This document shows positions 54,871 through 64,000 of a stretch of DNA of 64,000 bases, one piece after another; positions within the stretch are counted from its first letter, which is position 1, and the number at the start of each line of letters is the position of its first letter. Position numbers and translations under genes: made by a program. The notes beneath the pieces are model-generated. The model saw only the letters and a program-made list of their open reading frames with translations. It did no database searches and was not told the origin of the DNA. Source of the DNA: Candidatus Latescibacterota bacterium (GTDB taxonomy: Bacteria > Latescibacterota > UBA2968 > UBA8231); the NCBI GenBank assembly GCA_965206595.1, contig OZ242214.1, positions 6,432,001 to 6,496,000 of the forward strand. The letters run 5' to 3'.

Positions 54871-54931
54871 GATAACCCCCGAAAAACCGAGATCGGAGGA
54901 GGTCCTTCCATGTACACGGCAATACATAAGG

Positions 54932-55942
54932 TCAGCCCCCGTTTCCGATCCGCATGGGCTCACCGCCCCGGTCCGCAGAGAGCTGGGCGGTGCACACCAC
55001 CTCGGTCTCCAGCAGGCAGTCCTCGGCGCTGGCGCGCATCGGAGTGCCGTGCAGGATCAGGTCGACGAAGGCCTGCTCGAGAGTGCCGGGGCTTTCCGCC
55101 GGCACTTCGATGTGGCGCGTCGCCTGGCCGTGGGTCGTCACCTGGAGGCGGGTTGTCCCTCGCAGGTTCTCCACCATGCCTTCGGTGCCGTACACCCGCA
55201 TCCGGTCGTCGCCCCAGCTGCCGATCTGCCGCGGATTGAGGTAGTTGAAGTTGGCCGCTCCGGCGCCTCCGTTGTCGAGGGTGAAGGCCAGTCCAGCCGC
55301 CATCTGCAACCGACCGGCTCGCGGATTGCCACAGGTGGTGTCGAAGGCGGAGACCGTGGTGAATTCACGGCCGGTCGCCCAGCGAGTGAAGGTGACGGCG
55401 TGGATGCCGGCCTGGCGGATCAGACCGCCGTCCACCCCCCGGTCCTGGGGACGTCGGTCATGGTAGGGGTACGATTTCTGCGCCACGACCTGCACGGGCT
55501 CGCCGATTTCGCCGCTGCCGACGACTTCTCTCATGGCGGTCCAGATGGGCGAGTAGACCGACCCGGTCATGGAACGCAGTTGCTTGTCGGTCCGTTCCTC
55601 GGCGCCGCGGATGCGCTCCAGTTCCTCCAGCGTCAGACAGAGCGGTTTTTCCGCCAGGACATGTTTGCCCGCCTCGAGAGCGCGGATCGTCTCTTCCGCC
55701 TGCCGGTCCCGGCGCGGACTGCAGAGGCTGATCATGGCAAGTCTCTCGTCTCCCAGCAGCGCCTCCAGATCGGGGTAGTACTTCATGCTCCCCGCCAGAT
55801 TCGGATGGTCCTTCGTGATCCTGGCGAATCCGGCTTCGGAGACGCCGGCGACAGCGTCGATGGAGGCATCCTTCAACACAGGCGCCAGACCGAGTATCTG
55901 GTGGCCGTTCGTTCCGTAGCAGCCGATGTGGATTTCTTCCAT
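54932..55942 (-). CDS. Gfo/Idh/MocA oxidoreductase
   Basis: ALEAGKHVLAEKPL, GGLIRQAGIH. Confidence 0.88.
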   Translation of the reverse strand: MEEIHIGCYGTNGHQILGLAPVLKDASIDAVAGVSEAGFARITKDHPNLAGSMKYYPDLEALLGDERLAMISLCSPRRDRQAEETIRALEAGKHVLAEKPLCLTLEELERIRGAEERTDKQLRSMTGSVYSPIWTAMREVVGSGEIGEPVQVVAQKSYPYHDRRPQDRGVDGGLIRQAGIHAVTFTRWATGREFTTVSAFDTTCGNPRAGRLQMAAGLAFTLDNGGAGAANFNYLNPRQIGSWGDDRMRVYGTEGMVENLRGTTRLQVTTHGQATRHIEVPAESPGTLEQAFVDLILHGTPMRASAEDCLLETEVVCTAQLSADRGGEPMRIGNGG

Positions 55943-55984
55943 GAGAACCTCTCCAGGAGCGTCGGGTTTGCGCCGATACCGCAC

Positions 55985-57982
55985 TCAATAAGGCAGTTGG
56001 GACACCGATTTCGATACCAGGGCGATGGCTACCGTGCTCATGCCGATCAGTCCCATCCCCGCCGCGTAACCCGCCAGCAGCACCGGCGCGTATTGGCGCC
56101 ACTTCTGTTTGCCGAATCGCCTCTCGAAATAGTAGCGTCCCAGCAGGGCACCGATCATTTCGGGAATCAGCAGATGGGACAACTGTCCCACACCCCTGAT
56201 GAATCCGTAGATGAGCAGGACCGGCAGTCCCAGTACGGTCAGCAAGACGTACGAACTTACTCCGAAGAGAAAGCCTGCTCCGATCCAATCGAACTTGATC
56301 GCCTCCAGAAAGAGATGGTTGCCCTCGGTCGTGGCCGAGATCCAGATCGACTGCCGAAGCGCGGTGAGATGCCAGAACTTCTGGGCGTACTGGAAGATCG
56401 GTGAAGGGATGGAAGTGTTGTTCCAGATCAGGGTCCAGAAGAGCAGGCTGCAGCCGAGGGCCACCGGAATCAACAGGAGTTCGGCTTTGATGATGCTGGT
56501 GAAGCGCGTCCCGGTAAGCTCGAACTGCCTGAACATCTGCACGCTGCCGCCGTAGTTGTCATAGGGAACGGGCGCGAACCAGATGTCGACCCCCCTGTAG
56601 CCGGAGAGGATGAAGGACCCTTCGCGAATCATGGGAAAACCCACGGTCTGTCCCGTCATGCCGACCATGCGCGCATTTATGTAGGAGAGCACGGGCGTGA
56701 GCAGGAAGCCGAAGAGGAGCAGGAAGCCGAGAGGGAATTCATCGTCTTCGAGAATCAACATGCAGACGGCTATGTAGGCGCTCGTGGCCAGCACGTACAG
56801 CCCGAGTCCGACCCAGAACGGAATGTCGCCGCGCCCCGGGGGCGGGGCGAAGGAGCGGCCTTTCTCGCTGCGCGCGCGCAGGGTCTGCCTGGTCGACAGG
56901 AACACCGTGACCAGGCCGATCACGGCGACAGCGAAGCCCATCCCAATGGCCACGCTCATCCATAGATCCACGGAGTTGGCGAACTCCGTCGTCACCGTGT
57001 CCATGCCCGGGCGCCAGATCGTCAGCAAGCCGGCGTTGTAGAGCAGCGGATTGACCAGCACGTAAACCATGGCCATGAGGAAGCCGCCGACGACCACCCA
57101 GAATGGCAGCACGAAGCCGGTGATCACCACGCCCAGGTCGGTCATGAAACCGGTGGGGCTGGCCGGCAGGAAGGATTCGGTGAGTGGTGTCGTGTCGATC
57201 CAGGGGATGGGGATGAGGTTGAGCGGCTCCTTCATGATGATCCCGGTGAGGGCGGGCACGCCGACGTAGACGATGCCGAAGAGGACACCGGTCGTCATCC
57301 CGACGATGAAGACATTCCAGCGCCACGTCTCCTTCTCGCCAGTCGACTCCGCCAGCGCCAGCGCTCCCTGCGCGCCGACCGGTGCCATCGGGAACGGCAG
57401 ATTCTCTACGTCGGAGGTGACGCGGAAGAGCGTGTAGCCGGCGCCGAACCAGGCCATCCTGCTGGCGATATACTTGAATGCGATGAGGGTGACGGCGGGG
57501 ATCCACGCCTTGTGGAACAAGGTGCGGTGCACCAGGGCCGGCGAATCGGCCGGCGGGGATACCCATTCGGGTATCTGCCCGGCGATACCGAATCCTTCAA
57601 CCGCGGTGGATTGGACCAGGTACTGATGCCACATCGCCTCGGCGAAGGGACCACCGGCCAGCATCAGGCCGCCACCGAGCACCACCTCGGTCAGGCCGCC
57701 GGCGATGTAGAAGAGGACGAAGACTTCCTGCTTGCGCAGTACTGTAAACGACCGCCTGGCGATCTCGGCGAACAGGATGATGGTGACCCACTCGGCCGCC
57801 GGTCCCATGCCGCGACCGGCAATGAGACCCAGATAGATCGATCCGGGAAGCATGACGAAACCGATGAAGAAGGCGCCGAGCACCGAGCGCATGTTGAAGC
57901 CATCCTCGAACTCGGATGGCACCTCCATCGCGGCGCGGTATTCTTCAAGATCCCGGGTGGAGCGATCCCTCTCTTTCAGCAC
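55985..57982 (-). CDS. OPT-like multi-pass peptide transporter
   Basis: 665 aa, many TM helices, E.LPFPMAPV motif. Confidence 0.7.
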   Translation of the reverse strand: MLKERDRSTRDLEEYRAAMEVPSEFEDGFNMRSVLGAFFIGFVMLPGSIYLGLIAGRGMGPAAEWVTIILFAEIARRSFTVLRKQEVFVLFYIAGGLTEVVLGGGLMLAGGPFAEAMWHQYLVQSTAVEGFGIAGQIPEWVSPPADSPALVHRTLFHKAWIPAVTLIAFKYIASRMAWFGAGYTLFRVTSDVENLPFPMAPVGAQGALALAESTGEKETWRWNVFIVGMTTGVLFGIVYVGVPALTGIIMKEPLNLIPIPWIDTTPLTESFLPASPTGFMTDLGVVITGFVLPFWVVVGGFLMAMVYVLVNPLLYNAGLLTIWRPGMDTVTTEFANSVDLWMSVAIGMGFAVAVIGLVTVFLSTRQTLRARSEKGRSFAPPPGRGDIPFWVGLGLYVLATSAYIAVCMLILEDDEFPLGFLLLFGFLLTPVLSYINARMVGMTGQTVGFPMIREGSFILSGYRGVDIWFAPVPYDNYGGSVQMFRQFELTGTRFTSIIKAELLLIPVALGCSLLFWTLIWNNTSIPSPIFQYAQKFWHLTALRQSIWISATTEGNHLFLEAIKFDWIGAGFLFGVSSYVLLTVLGLPVLLIYGFIRGVGQLSHLLIPEMIGALLGRYYFERRFGKQKWRQYAPVLLAGYAAGMGLIGMSTVAIALVSKSVSQLPY

Positions 57983-58010
57983 ATTCCTCTCTCAGGAAGG
58001 AGACCATCTG

Positions 58011-58724
58011 TCAACGACGAAACTGACCGGGTAAAGAGACGAGAAACAGGATGACGAGGGTCCCCGCAAAGAGGTAGTGCCAGAAATGCGTGCGTCCCGA
58101 TTTGACCGTCACCTGGCCGGCAAATGACGTCGTGTCCTCGATGGCTATGGAGAAGTTCCAGGTGGCGGTGCGCCCGTCTGTCCGCGTCGCCGAAGGGGAT
58201 TCCAGCAACTGACCGGGCATCTCGACTGCAATCTGGACCTTCACCGGAGGCAGCGACTGTTGGCGCGCTTCGGTGAGGGCGGCGGCGCTGGGACGTATGT
58301 TGAAAGTCTCCCTAAAGGCGTAGGAGGTCGCCGGGAGAGTGCGGTAGATATCGAAATTCACCGCGTCGCCTTCCTGGTAGGCGCCCAGCTCGATCCACTG
58401 GCCGAAGAGGCGCTGCAGCTCGCGGTCGGACATGCCGGCGACATCCTGGAATTCCTTCGTGAGGACCCGATGGAAGCGTTCGTCCTGGACATAGCTCCTC
58501 TCCGTCCACTGATCCTGGGCGGAAAACATCTGCCCATCGGTCTTCTGTGCTTTCTTCAGGAGCGGTCGATACTTCTCGTCCACGGACAGGTCGAGACTCC
58601 GCAACGTTCCGCCATCCGCGGCGATGGCCGTGTTCAAACGGATATGCACACAACCGACAGTAGTGAGAAGAGCGAGCCAGAGCGCGACAAGCAACGGGGG
58701 ATTTATCAGTTCACGCCCGCTCAT
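58011..58724 (-). CDS. LppM-like lipoprotein with C-terminal TM helix
   Basis: Lipobox TVG|C, VEMPG, TATW, hydrophobic C-terminus; ATGA overlap. Confidence 0.6.
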   Translation of the reverse strand: MSGRELINPPLLVALWLALLTTVGCVHIRLNTAIAADGGTLRSLDLSVDEKYRPLLKKAQKTDGQMFSAQDQWTERSYVQDERFHRVLTKEFQDVAGMSDRELQRLFGQWIELGAYQEGDAVNFDIYRTLPATSYAFRETFNIRPSAAALTEARQQSLPPVKVQIAVEMPGQLLESPSATRTDGRTATWNFSIAIEDTTSFAGQVTVKSGRTHFWHYLFAGTLVILFLVSLPGQFRR

Positions 58725-59296
58725 CAGAGGCCGTGGCAGGTGATGCCCAGGCCCGGAGATCGACCAATCATCCGCGCGCTCAACTGCAACCGCTCCGGCG
58801 CTGTCTGCCGCGCCTGTCGAGCGCCGCTGTCGGGTGCCGTGAAGAGCAGGATGTCGATCATGTTGTACAGGTATATACCTGCCGACAGATAGGCGAGCTG
58901 GCGCCATCTGTGGTAGCTGTCCAGGTCGTCTTCCATATCCTTGAGCGTCTGCCAGCGCTCCTTCGCCTGTTCGAAACGTCCCCCGTGACGCAGGGCCAGA
59001 TAGCGCTCTGTTTCCTGCTCGTGCCGCCCCTTGACCGTCTTGTAGTTCTCGTTGGCGTTGACCGCCACGATGAGCGTGGTCAGCTCTCCGAGGAAAATGC
59101 CGAGGCCTTTCAGGCGCGCGCCCAGGGCTACCTGTCCGAGACCGGGAAGAGCTGCGGATATCGCCATAGCCCGCTTCTTCTCAGCGAGCGGTCTCTGGGT
59201 GAAAGTGTCCTCGGAAAAAACCTGCGCGCCGACCGGATTGAATGAACCGGTCCCTGCGAGGCAGACGGCGAAGAGGCAAATCAGAAGTCGGTGCAC
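58724..59296 (-). CDS. Exported membrane protein (DUF5683-like)
   Basis: Signal peptide, SAALPGLGQ, YLYNMID. Confidence 0.55.
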   Translation of the reverse strand: MHRLLICLFAVCLAGTGSFNPVGAQVFSEDTFTQRPLAEKKRAMAISAALPGLGQVALGARLKGLGIFLGELTTLIVAVNANENYKTVKGRHEQETERYLALRHGGRFEQAKERWQTLKDMEDDLDSYHRWRQLAYLSAGIYLYNMIDILLFTAPDSGARQARQTAPERLQLSARMIGRSPGLGITCHGL

Positions 59297-59317
59297 CTGT
59301 TTTCCCTTTCCCGGATC

Positions 59318-62300
59318 CTACAGACGGTTGGCCGTGATCCATTCCCGGTGGGCTTTGGCGAACTGATAGGCGTCGGTCGTTGCCCGCCCATCCTCATAGG
59401 CCTGGTAGACCTTGTCATACGTGGCGACTGCCTCTTTCCAGCGATTCATGCTCTCGTAGCAGACGCCCATGTTCACCAACGCGCCTGTGTGGCTTTCCGT
59501 GCCGGGATACTGTTCGACGATCTGCTGAAAGAGCGCGATAGCCTGCTGGAATTTCTCTCGATCCTTGCCGGCCATCGCCGCCCTGTACGGTTCGACCGCT
59601 TTCTGGTAATCGAGAAAGGCCAGGCTCTCCCTGAGCCCTGCGCTCAGGTCCGGCACCTTCTCGGCCAGTGGATTCTGCGGGTACAGCTCCGCGACCTTCT
59701 GGTAGGCCTCCAGAGCATCCCTGTAGTTCTCCTGATTGTAGTGATAGTCGCCTATGGAAAACTGAGCGTTCGGACTGAATTCGCTGTCGGGAAAACGCGC
59801 GACCAGTTGCTGAAAGACAGCGGCTGCTTCCGAGCCGCGATCCCTTTCCAGCAACGCCCACGCTTTGTTGTAGAGGGCGTCGTCTGCCTGGTCGGACTGC
59901 GGGTATTCATCCAGGATCTGCTGGTAGTAGGAGAGGGACTCTTCGAAGCGGCCTAGATTGAAACAGCTCTCGCCGGCCCGGTACAGGACATCGGGGATCA
60001 CATCCAACCCGGGGAAGCGGCGCGCCATTTCGGCGAAGAGAGAGGCGGCTCGTTCGAAGCGGGTGAGATTGAAATGGGAGTAGGCCGCATAGTAGTAGGC
60101 ATAAGGAAGATTTGAATCTTTCCCGAATTCCCGTATGAAGGCCTCGAAGAAACTGGCCGCCTTTTCCAGATCGTCCAGTTGCAGGTGGGAACTGGCGATA
60201 GCGAAGCGCATGTCGGAGGCGTACAAGCCCGACGGATAGTTATCCAGAGCCTCGGCATAAGTAGCGATCACGGATGCGTGCATACCGCGCCGCATGAAGG
60301 TATCCCCCAGCAGGTAGTAGGCACGTTCCTTGATGAAGTAGTCTCCCTGCTCGGCACGCGTATCCTCGAAGGGCAGCCCGATGACCTGCCGGGCCAGCTG
60401 TGCGGCCTCTTCGTTCCGCTCCAACCCGTGGTAGAGTTCTGCCAGCAGGAGCACGTACTCCGATTTTTCAGCGGGGTCGGCGGCTTCCTCGGCAAGGATG
60501 CGATAGTTGTCGAGGGCCTGTTCCTCTCTGTGCAGCTCGATGCGCGCTTTTCCCAGCATGCGCTGGGCCGCCCGGCGCACTTTGTGATCTTCGGCTTCCA
60601 TCAGACCCGTCAGTTGAGCCTCGGCGTCTGCATAGCGTTCGAGTTGCATATAGCAGACGCCACGGCTGTAGCGCGCGCTCTCTATCAGTCTGCGGTCTTC
60701 GAGCAGCTCGAGGGCCTCACCGAACTGGGCGGTGGCCTCCGTGTAGGCCTCGTTGCCCACCAGGGCCTTACCGTGCAGATAGTGGTTGAGCCCCCGCTCG
60801 GTGCCTTCCGCGAGTGGCAGGGCTTGCGCGAGCGCTTCCAGCGAGCGCTCGAACGCCCCCATGGCCATCAGGAGCTGAGCTGCCTCGTGGCGCGCCTTGA
60901 CGAAGAGAGCGGATCCGTCGCCGATTCTTAGGAAGTTGGCGATAGCCGGCTCGCTGAGCCCGGCTTTCTTCTCGGCGATGGCCAGCTCGAAATGGGCGGT
61001 GTCCAGCTGGGGTGAATCGCCGTAGTCGCCTACGATGCGTTCGTAGATTTCGATGGCGCTGGCATACGAGGCCTGGTTGAAATGCATGCGGGCGACCTGG
61101 AAGAGGGCGCCGGGCGCGTACTCATCTTCGGGATGCTCTCGCGCCATGAAGTGGAACTTCTCCAGGGCCCGGGCGCGGCCCTCCGCGGTGTCCATCATCT
61201 GATAGGAGAGCCCGATATTGAAATGGCAGGCCAGTCCCAGCCAGCTGTTCGGGAATTCCTCCAGTACGGCTTCGTATTCATCGACGGCTCTCAGAAAGTG
61301 CTGTACTCCCTGGTGCGAACCGTCGCTTTCCTGCAGGTCGCGGCCCTGCTCATAGTAGGATCGTCCAACTTTGTAACGCGCTTCGTCGATGCCGAATCCG
61401 GCCGCCGGTGCCACGTCTCCGTAGGCCTGTATGTAAAGTCTGTATTCCTCTATAGCCTCTTCAAAGCGGCGGCTCTGGTAGTAGCGCTCGGCCAGCAGCG
61501 ACTGCATGCGCGCACGGAAGGCGGGATCGGCGACCGAGTCTATCGCCTCGCGATATATGGCTAGCCCTCGCTCGGGTTGACCGGCCTGATGGTACATGTC
61601 GGCCAGGCGACGGTAGGCCTCCTCCGCCAGAGAGCGCTCCTTGGTAAACAGTCCGATGGCGTTGCGGTAGACCTGGGCCGCACTCTCGTACTCTCCGAGC
61701 CGGGCGTAGCAGGAGCCCATTCTGATCTGCGACTTCATGGCCAGCTCCAACACGGTCTCATCGACCAGGCCGGCGATCTTCTCCCGGCGCATACGCGCCA
61801 GTTCCTGGTCCGTCAAGCGGTCGATCTGAGCCAGCTCTACCAGGCGCTGGTAGTAGGGGAGAGCCTCTCGATACTGTTCCTTGCTGTAGTGGCTCTCGCC
61901 GATCTGGAACAGGGACCGGTCGTGCTGGTACCCGGACGGAAAACGCTCCACCAGCTCTTTGAACGCCTCGACGCTCCGTTCGTACTCCTCCAGCTCGAAA
62001 TAGGACCAGCCGATGTCGTAGAGGGAGGTCATCGCGTACCCGCTCTGCGGGTACCTCTCGATGAGATGGCGCGCCTCGCGTATCGTGCGCTCGTAGTCGC
62101 CGGCTTCGTACAACACCTTGATGATGCGGTTGCGGGCCAGTTCCTGAAGATCGGCATTCCCGCTCTGCTCCTCCGTCTTCTCGAAGAAACCGATGGCTTG
62201 TGTCCGGTGCTCGCGGGCGCGTTCGCGGTGGCCATCCCGTCGCTGTTCGGTGGCGGCGCGGCGGGCCAGTTCCAGCTCCTCCTGGGCCATCTTGAAGTAG

Positions 62301-62563
62301 GAATTTCCGCTCTGGTAGAGTGCCACGTCCTGGACCGGTGCCGACACTTCTCCTACCGCAAACGAGAGCGAGTCCGTCTCCAGAAAACGGCTTTCCACCG
62401 CGCTGATCCGGCCGTACTTCTCCACCGCCTGGTCGTAGGCGCCCGAGGCGTAGAACTTCTGTGCCTGCTCGAACCACAACTCCACGTCACTCGCTGTGGG
62501 AACGGTGCGCGTGGTGGCGATCAACAATGACAGGCCGATGAGAATACCCCAGCCCAGGCTCAC
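59318..62563 (-). CDS. Large exported TPR-repeat protein (BamD/CpoB-like repeats)
   Basis: Signal peptide and many repeats of the ...YP.S...ALY..G..Y type. Confidence 0.88.
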   Translation of the reverse strand: MSLGWGILIGLSLLIATTRTVPTASDVELWFEQAQKFYASGAYDQAVEKYGRISAVESRFLETDSLSFAVGEVSAPVQDVALYQSGNSYFKMAQEELELARRAATEQRRDGHRERAREHRTQAIGFFEKTEEQSGNADLQELARNRIIKVLYEAGDYERTIREARHLIERYPQSGYAMTSLYDIGWSYFELEEYERSVEAFKELVERFPSGYQHDRSLFQIGESHYSKEQYREALPYYQRLVELAQIDRLTDQELARMRREKIAGLVDETVLELAMKSQIRMGSCYARLGEYESAAQVYRNAIGLFTKERSLAEEAYRRLADMYHQAGQPERGLAIYREAIDSVADPAFRARMQSLLAERYYQSRRFEEAIEEYRLYIQAYGDVAPAAGFGIDEARYKVGRSYYEQGRDLQESDGSHQGVQHFLRAVDEYEAVLEEFPNSWLGLACHFNIGLSYQMMDTAEGRARALEKFHFMAREHPEDEYAPGALFQVARMHFNQASYASAIEIYERIVGDYGDSPQLDTAHFELAIAEKKAGLSEPAIANFLRIGDGSALFVKARHEAAQLLMAMGAFERSLEALAQALPLAEGTERGLNHYLHGKALVGNEAYTEATAQFGEALELLEDRRLIESARYSRGVCYMQLERYADAEAQLTGLMEAEDHKVRRAAQRMLGKARIELHREEQALDNYRILAEEAADPAEKSEYVLLLAELYHGLERNEEAAQLARQVIGLPFEDTRAEQGDYFIKERAYYLLGDTFMRRGMHASVIATYAEALDNYPSGLYASDMRFAIASSHLQLDDLEKAASFFEAFIREFGKDSNLPYAYYYAAYSHFNLTRFERAASLFAEMARRFPGLDVIPDVLYRAGESCFNLGRFEESLSYYQQILDEYPQSDQADDALYNKAWALLERDRGSEAAAVFQQLVARFPDSEFSPNAQFSIGDYHYNQENYRDALEAYQKVAELYPQNPLAEKVPDLSAGLRESLAFLDYQKAVEPYRAAMAGKDREKFQQAIALFQQIVEQYPGTESHTGALVNMGVCYESMNRWKEAVATYDKVYQAYEDGRATTDAYQFAKAHREWITANRL

Positions 62564-62591
62564 GGTAGCTTACCCCCTTCAGTGTGCTGCA

Positions 62592-64000
62592 TCAAAACCC
62601 CAGTATGAGGCTCATGAACATCGATGTGGTCCTGCTGTTGCGCTGCTGCTGGCGCGCGTCGAGAAACTCGATCTTGCGGTAGGCCAGTCCTGTATTGACG
62701 GTCATGTCGTAGCCGAAGTACTCGGAGAGGTTGGTGACGAACAAGGCCCAGTCCCGGCTCTCGAAGCTGCTGCTGTCGTCCGTGAGGTCCTTGAACTGAT
62801 AGGCGAGGCCGGGCAACGGCAGGCCCTGCATGCCGGCCTTGAGTGCGGTTCTCGAGGTCATGCGGTACGCGGCCTTGAAGATCGGCATGATCTCGCGCTC
62901 GTGAATCAGCGGAACGCCCAGGCTGCGGCGCTCCCGGCGTAGATAGAGCAGTTTGAACTGCGGCGTCAGCGTCCACTTGCCACGACGCCAGGAGTAGCTG
63001 GTCTTGTGCACGCCGGCCAACAGACCCAGACGATCGCCCGGTTGAAAAACGCCGTCGTCGAAGAGTGTCTCCCGCTGGTCGTTGATTTCCACTTTCACCT
63101 GGTTGACCAGCTGGAGATGGCGGAATGCTGTCACGCGACTGGCCACGTAGCTGCGGTTGACCAAGCTGTTGCGGTAGTTGAGCTCGTCGGCGATCCGCTC
63201 CGTGCTGAACTGACTTTCGTATCTGACTCCGCCGAAATTGTAGGCGCCGCTGGGCACCTCCGAGACGCGCACGGTCTCGTTCGGAATGTCATCGTGGACG
63301 CGCTTGATCTCGTGCTCGAAGCGGATCTTACCCAGACCTGGTTCGCGCAGTGCGTAGATGAGTCGCAGGTAGTCGACGCGGCTCGCGCGCCCGCCAGCGA
63401 TCTGTTGCGTGCGCAGAAGTCCGGGGGCCAGGCGCAGACCCGGCAGGGGCTCCACCCATGTGCCGAGATGGAATCCTTCGAGATCGAGGTCATAGGGATA
63501 TTCCGGATCGATATCGTCTTCGCGCTCGTCCGGCACGTCATTGTTGTCCAGATCAACGCCGTAGACGTACTCGTCGGACTCCACGTCGAACATCAGGAAA
63601 GGCTCGACGTAGTCCGGGAGGTTGTTGAAGTTGCGGTTGGTATCCGGAATGCCGTCCCGGTCCTCGTCCTTGCCCGGAAACACCCCGTCGGTGTCCTCGG
63701 TGACAACGGCGTCGTCGGTGATCTGGCCGGTCCAGATGTCTGGAAAGCGATCGTGATCGTCGTTGTCCTGGACGAGCGGCCAGAGGCCTGTGTTATTGAT
63801 GAAGCCGCGGCGGGTGTACTGGTGGTTCTCGTTATGGGGCAGCGAGGTCATGAGGTAGGTGGTGAAGTCGGGTTGCATGGAGAACAGCTCGCCCCCCAGT
63901 CCCCAACGCTCGGAATCCTGAGTCGCGACCAGGTACCAGGCCCGTCCGTGGCGCTCGTGCCGGCGGCCATCCCGTTCCTCGTTCGGGTAGCGGTTGAACT
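62592..64000 (-). CDS. Large putative outer-membrane beta-barrel protein, C-terminal part (runs off the right edge)
   Basis: Amphipathic strands, terminal Phe (FMSLILGF), DxDxDG Ca-binding-like loops. Confidence 0.65.
   Translation of the reverse strand, partial: FNRYPNEERDGRRHERHGRAWYLVATQDSERWGLGGELFSMQPDFTTYLMTSLPHNENHQYTRRGFINNTGLWPLVQDNDDHDRFPDIWTGQITDDAVVTEDTDGVFPGKDEDRDGIPDTNRNFNNLPDYVEPFLMFDVESDEYVYGVDLDNNDVPDEREDDIDPEYPYDLDLEGFHLGTWVEPLPGLRLAPGLLRTQQIAGGRASRVDYLRLIYALREPGLGKIRFEHEIKRVHDDIPNETVRVSEVPSGAYNFGGVRYESQFSTERIADELNYRNSLVNRSYVASRVTAFRHLQLVNQVKVEINDQRETLFDDGVFQPGDRLGLLAGVHKTSYSWRRGKWTLTPQFKLLYLRRERRSLGVPLIHEREIMPIFKAAYRMTSRTALKAGMQGLPLPGLAYQFKDLTDDSSSFESRDWALFVTNLSEYFGYDMTVNTGLAYRKIEFLDARQQQRNSRTTSMFMSLILGF

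Overview
High-GC bacterial genomic window. The mix of futalosine genes, many sigma-54 activators, secreted proteins ending in (S/T)WGRIKA and giant TPR/beta-barrel genes suggests Latescibacterota or a related FCB lineage (inference only). Left to right: (1) M23 peptidase, metallophosphoesterase, RsmF-like methylase and GH113; (2) a candidate sigma-54-driven small RNA; (3) a futalosine menaquinone operon with an embedded YjhG/YagF dehydratase; (4) a sensorless kinase and NtrC-type regulator next to a sigma-54 promoter upstream of a PTS IIA-like gene and a sigma-70 factor; (5) a nitrogen island (NifA-like activator, amtB, glnK, porin, glnA, ureD, NitT/TauT ABC transporter, eukaryote-like urease, ureFG) with a readable ACA-N4-TGT operator motif; (6) hemC, cobA/hemD and an AIR-synthase-like gene; (7) the best candidate for an undescribed system, 37.7-48 kb: a beta-propeller/Y_Y_Y sensor fused to a sigma-54 AAA+ domain, two homologous promoters (CGTAT-N3-ATACG box, IHF-like site, -24/-12), one of them split by IS5, a small secreted Cys-rich peptide, and four secreted CBM9/DOMON-like paralogs with hypervariable loops, a predicted mature N-terminal His and a conserved WGRIKA tail; (8) dehydrogenase and LarA-like genes, an AAA-PD-(D/E)XK gene and an MNT-HEPN pair; (9) an outer-membrane protein/TPR/lipoprotein/OPT module. 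Many single-base frameshifts and several deletions may be long-read assembly errors rather than real pseudogenes. All product calls come from motif recognition; no database searches were run.
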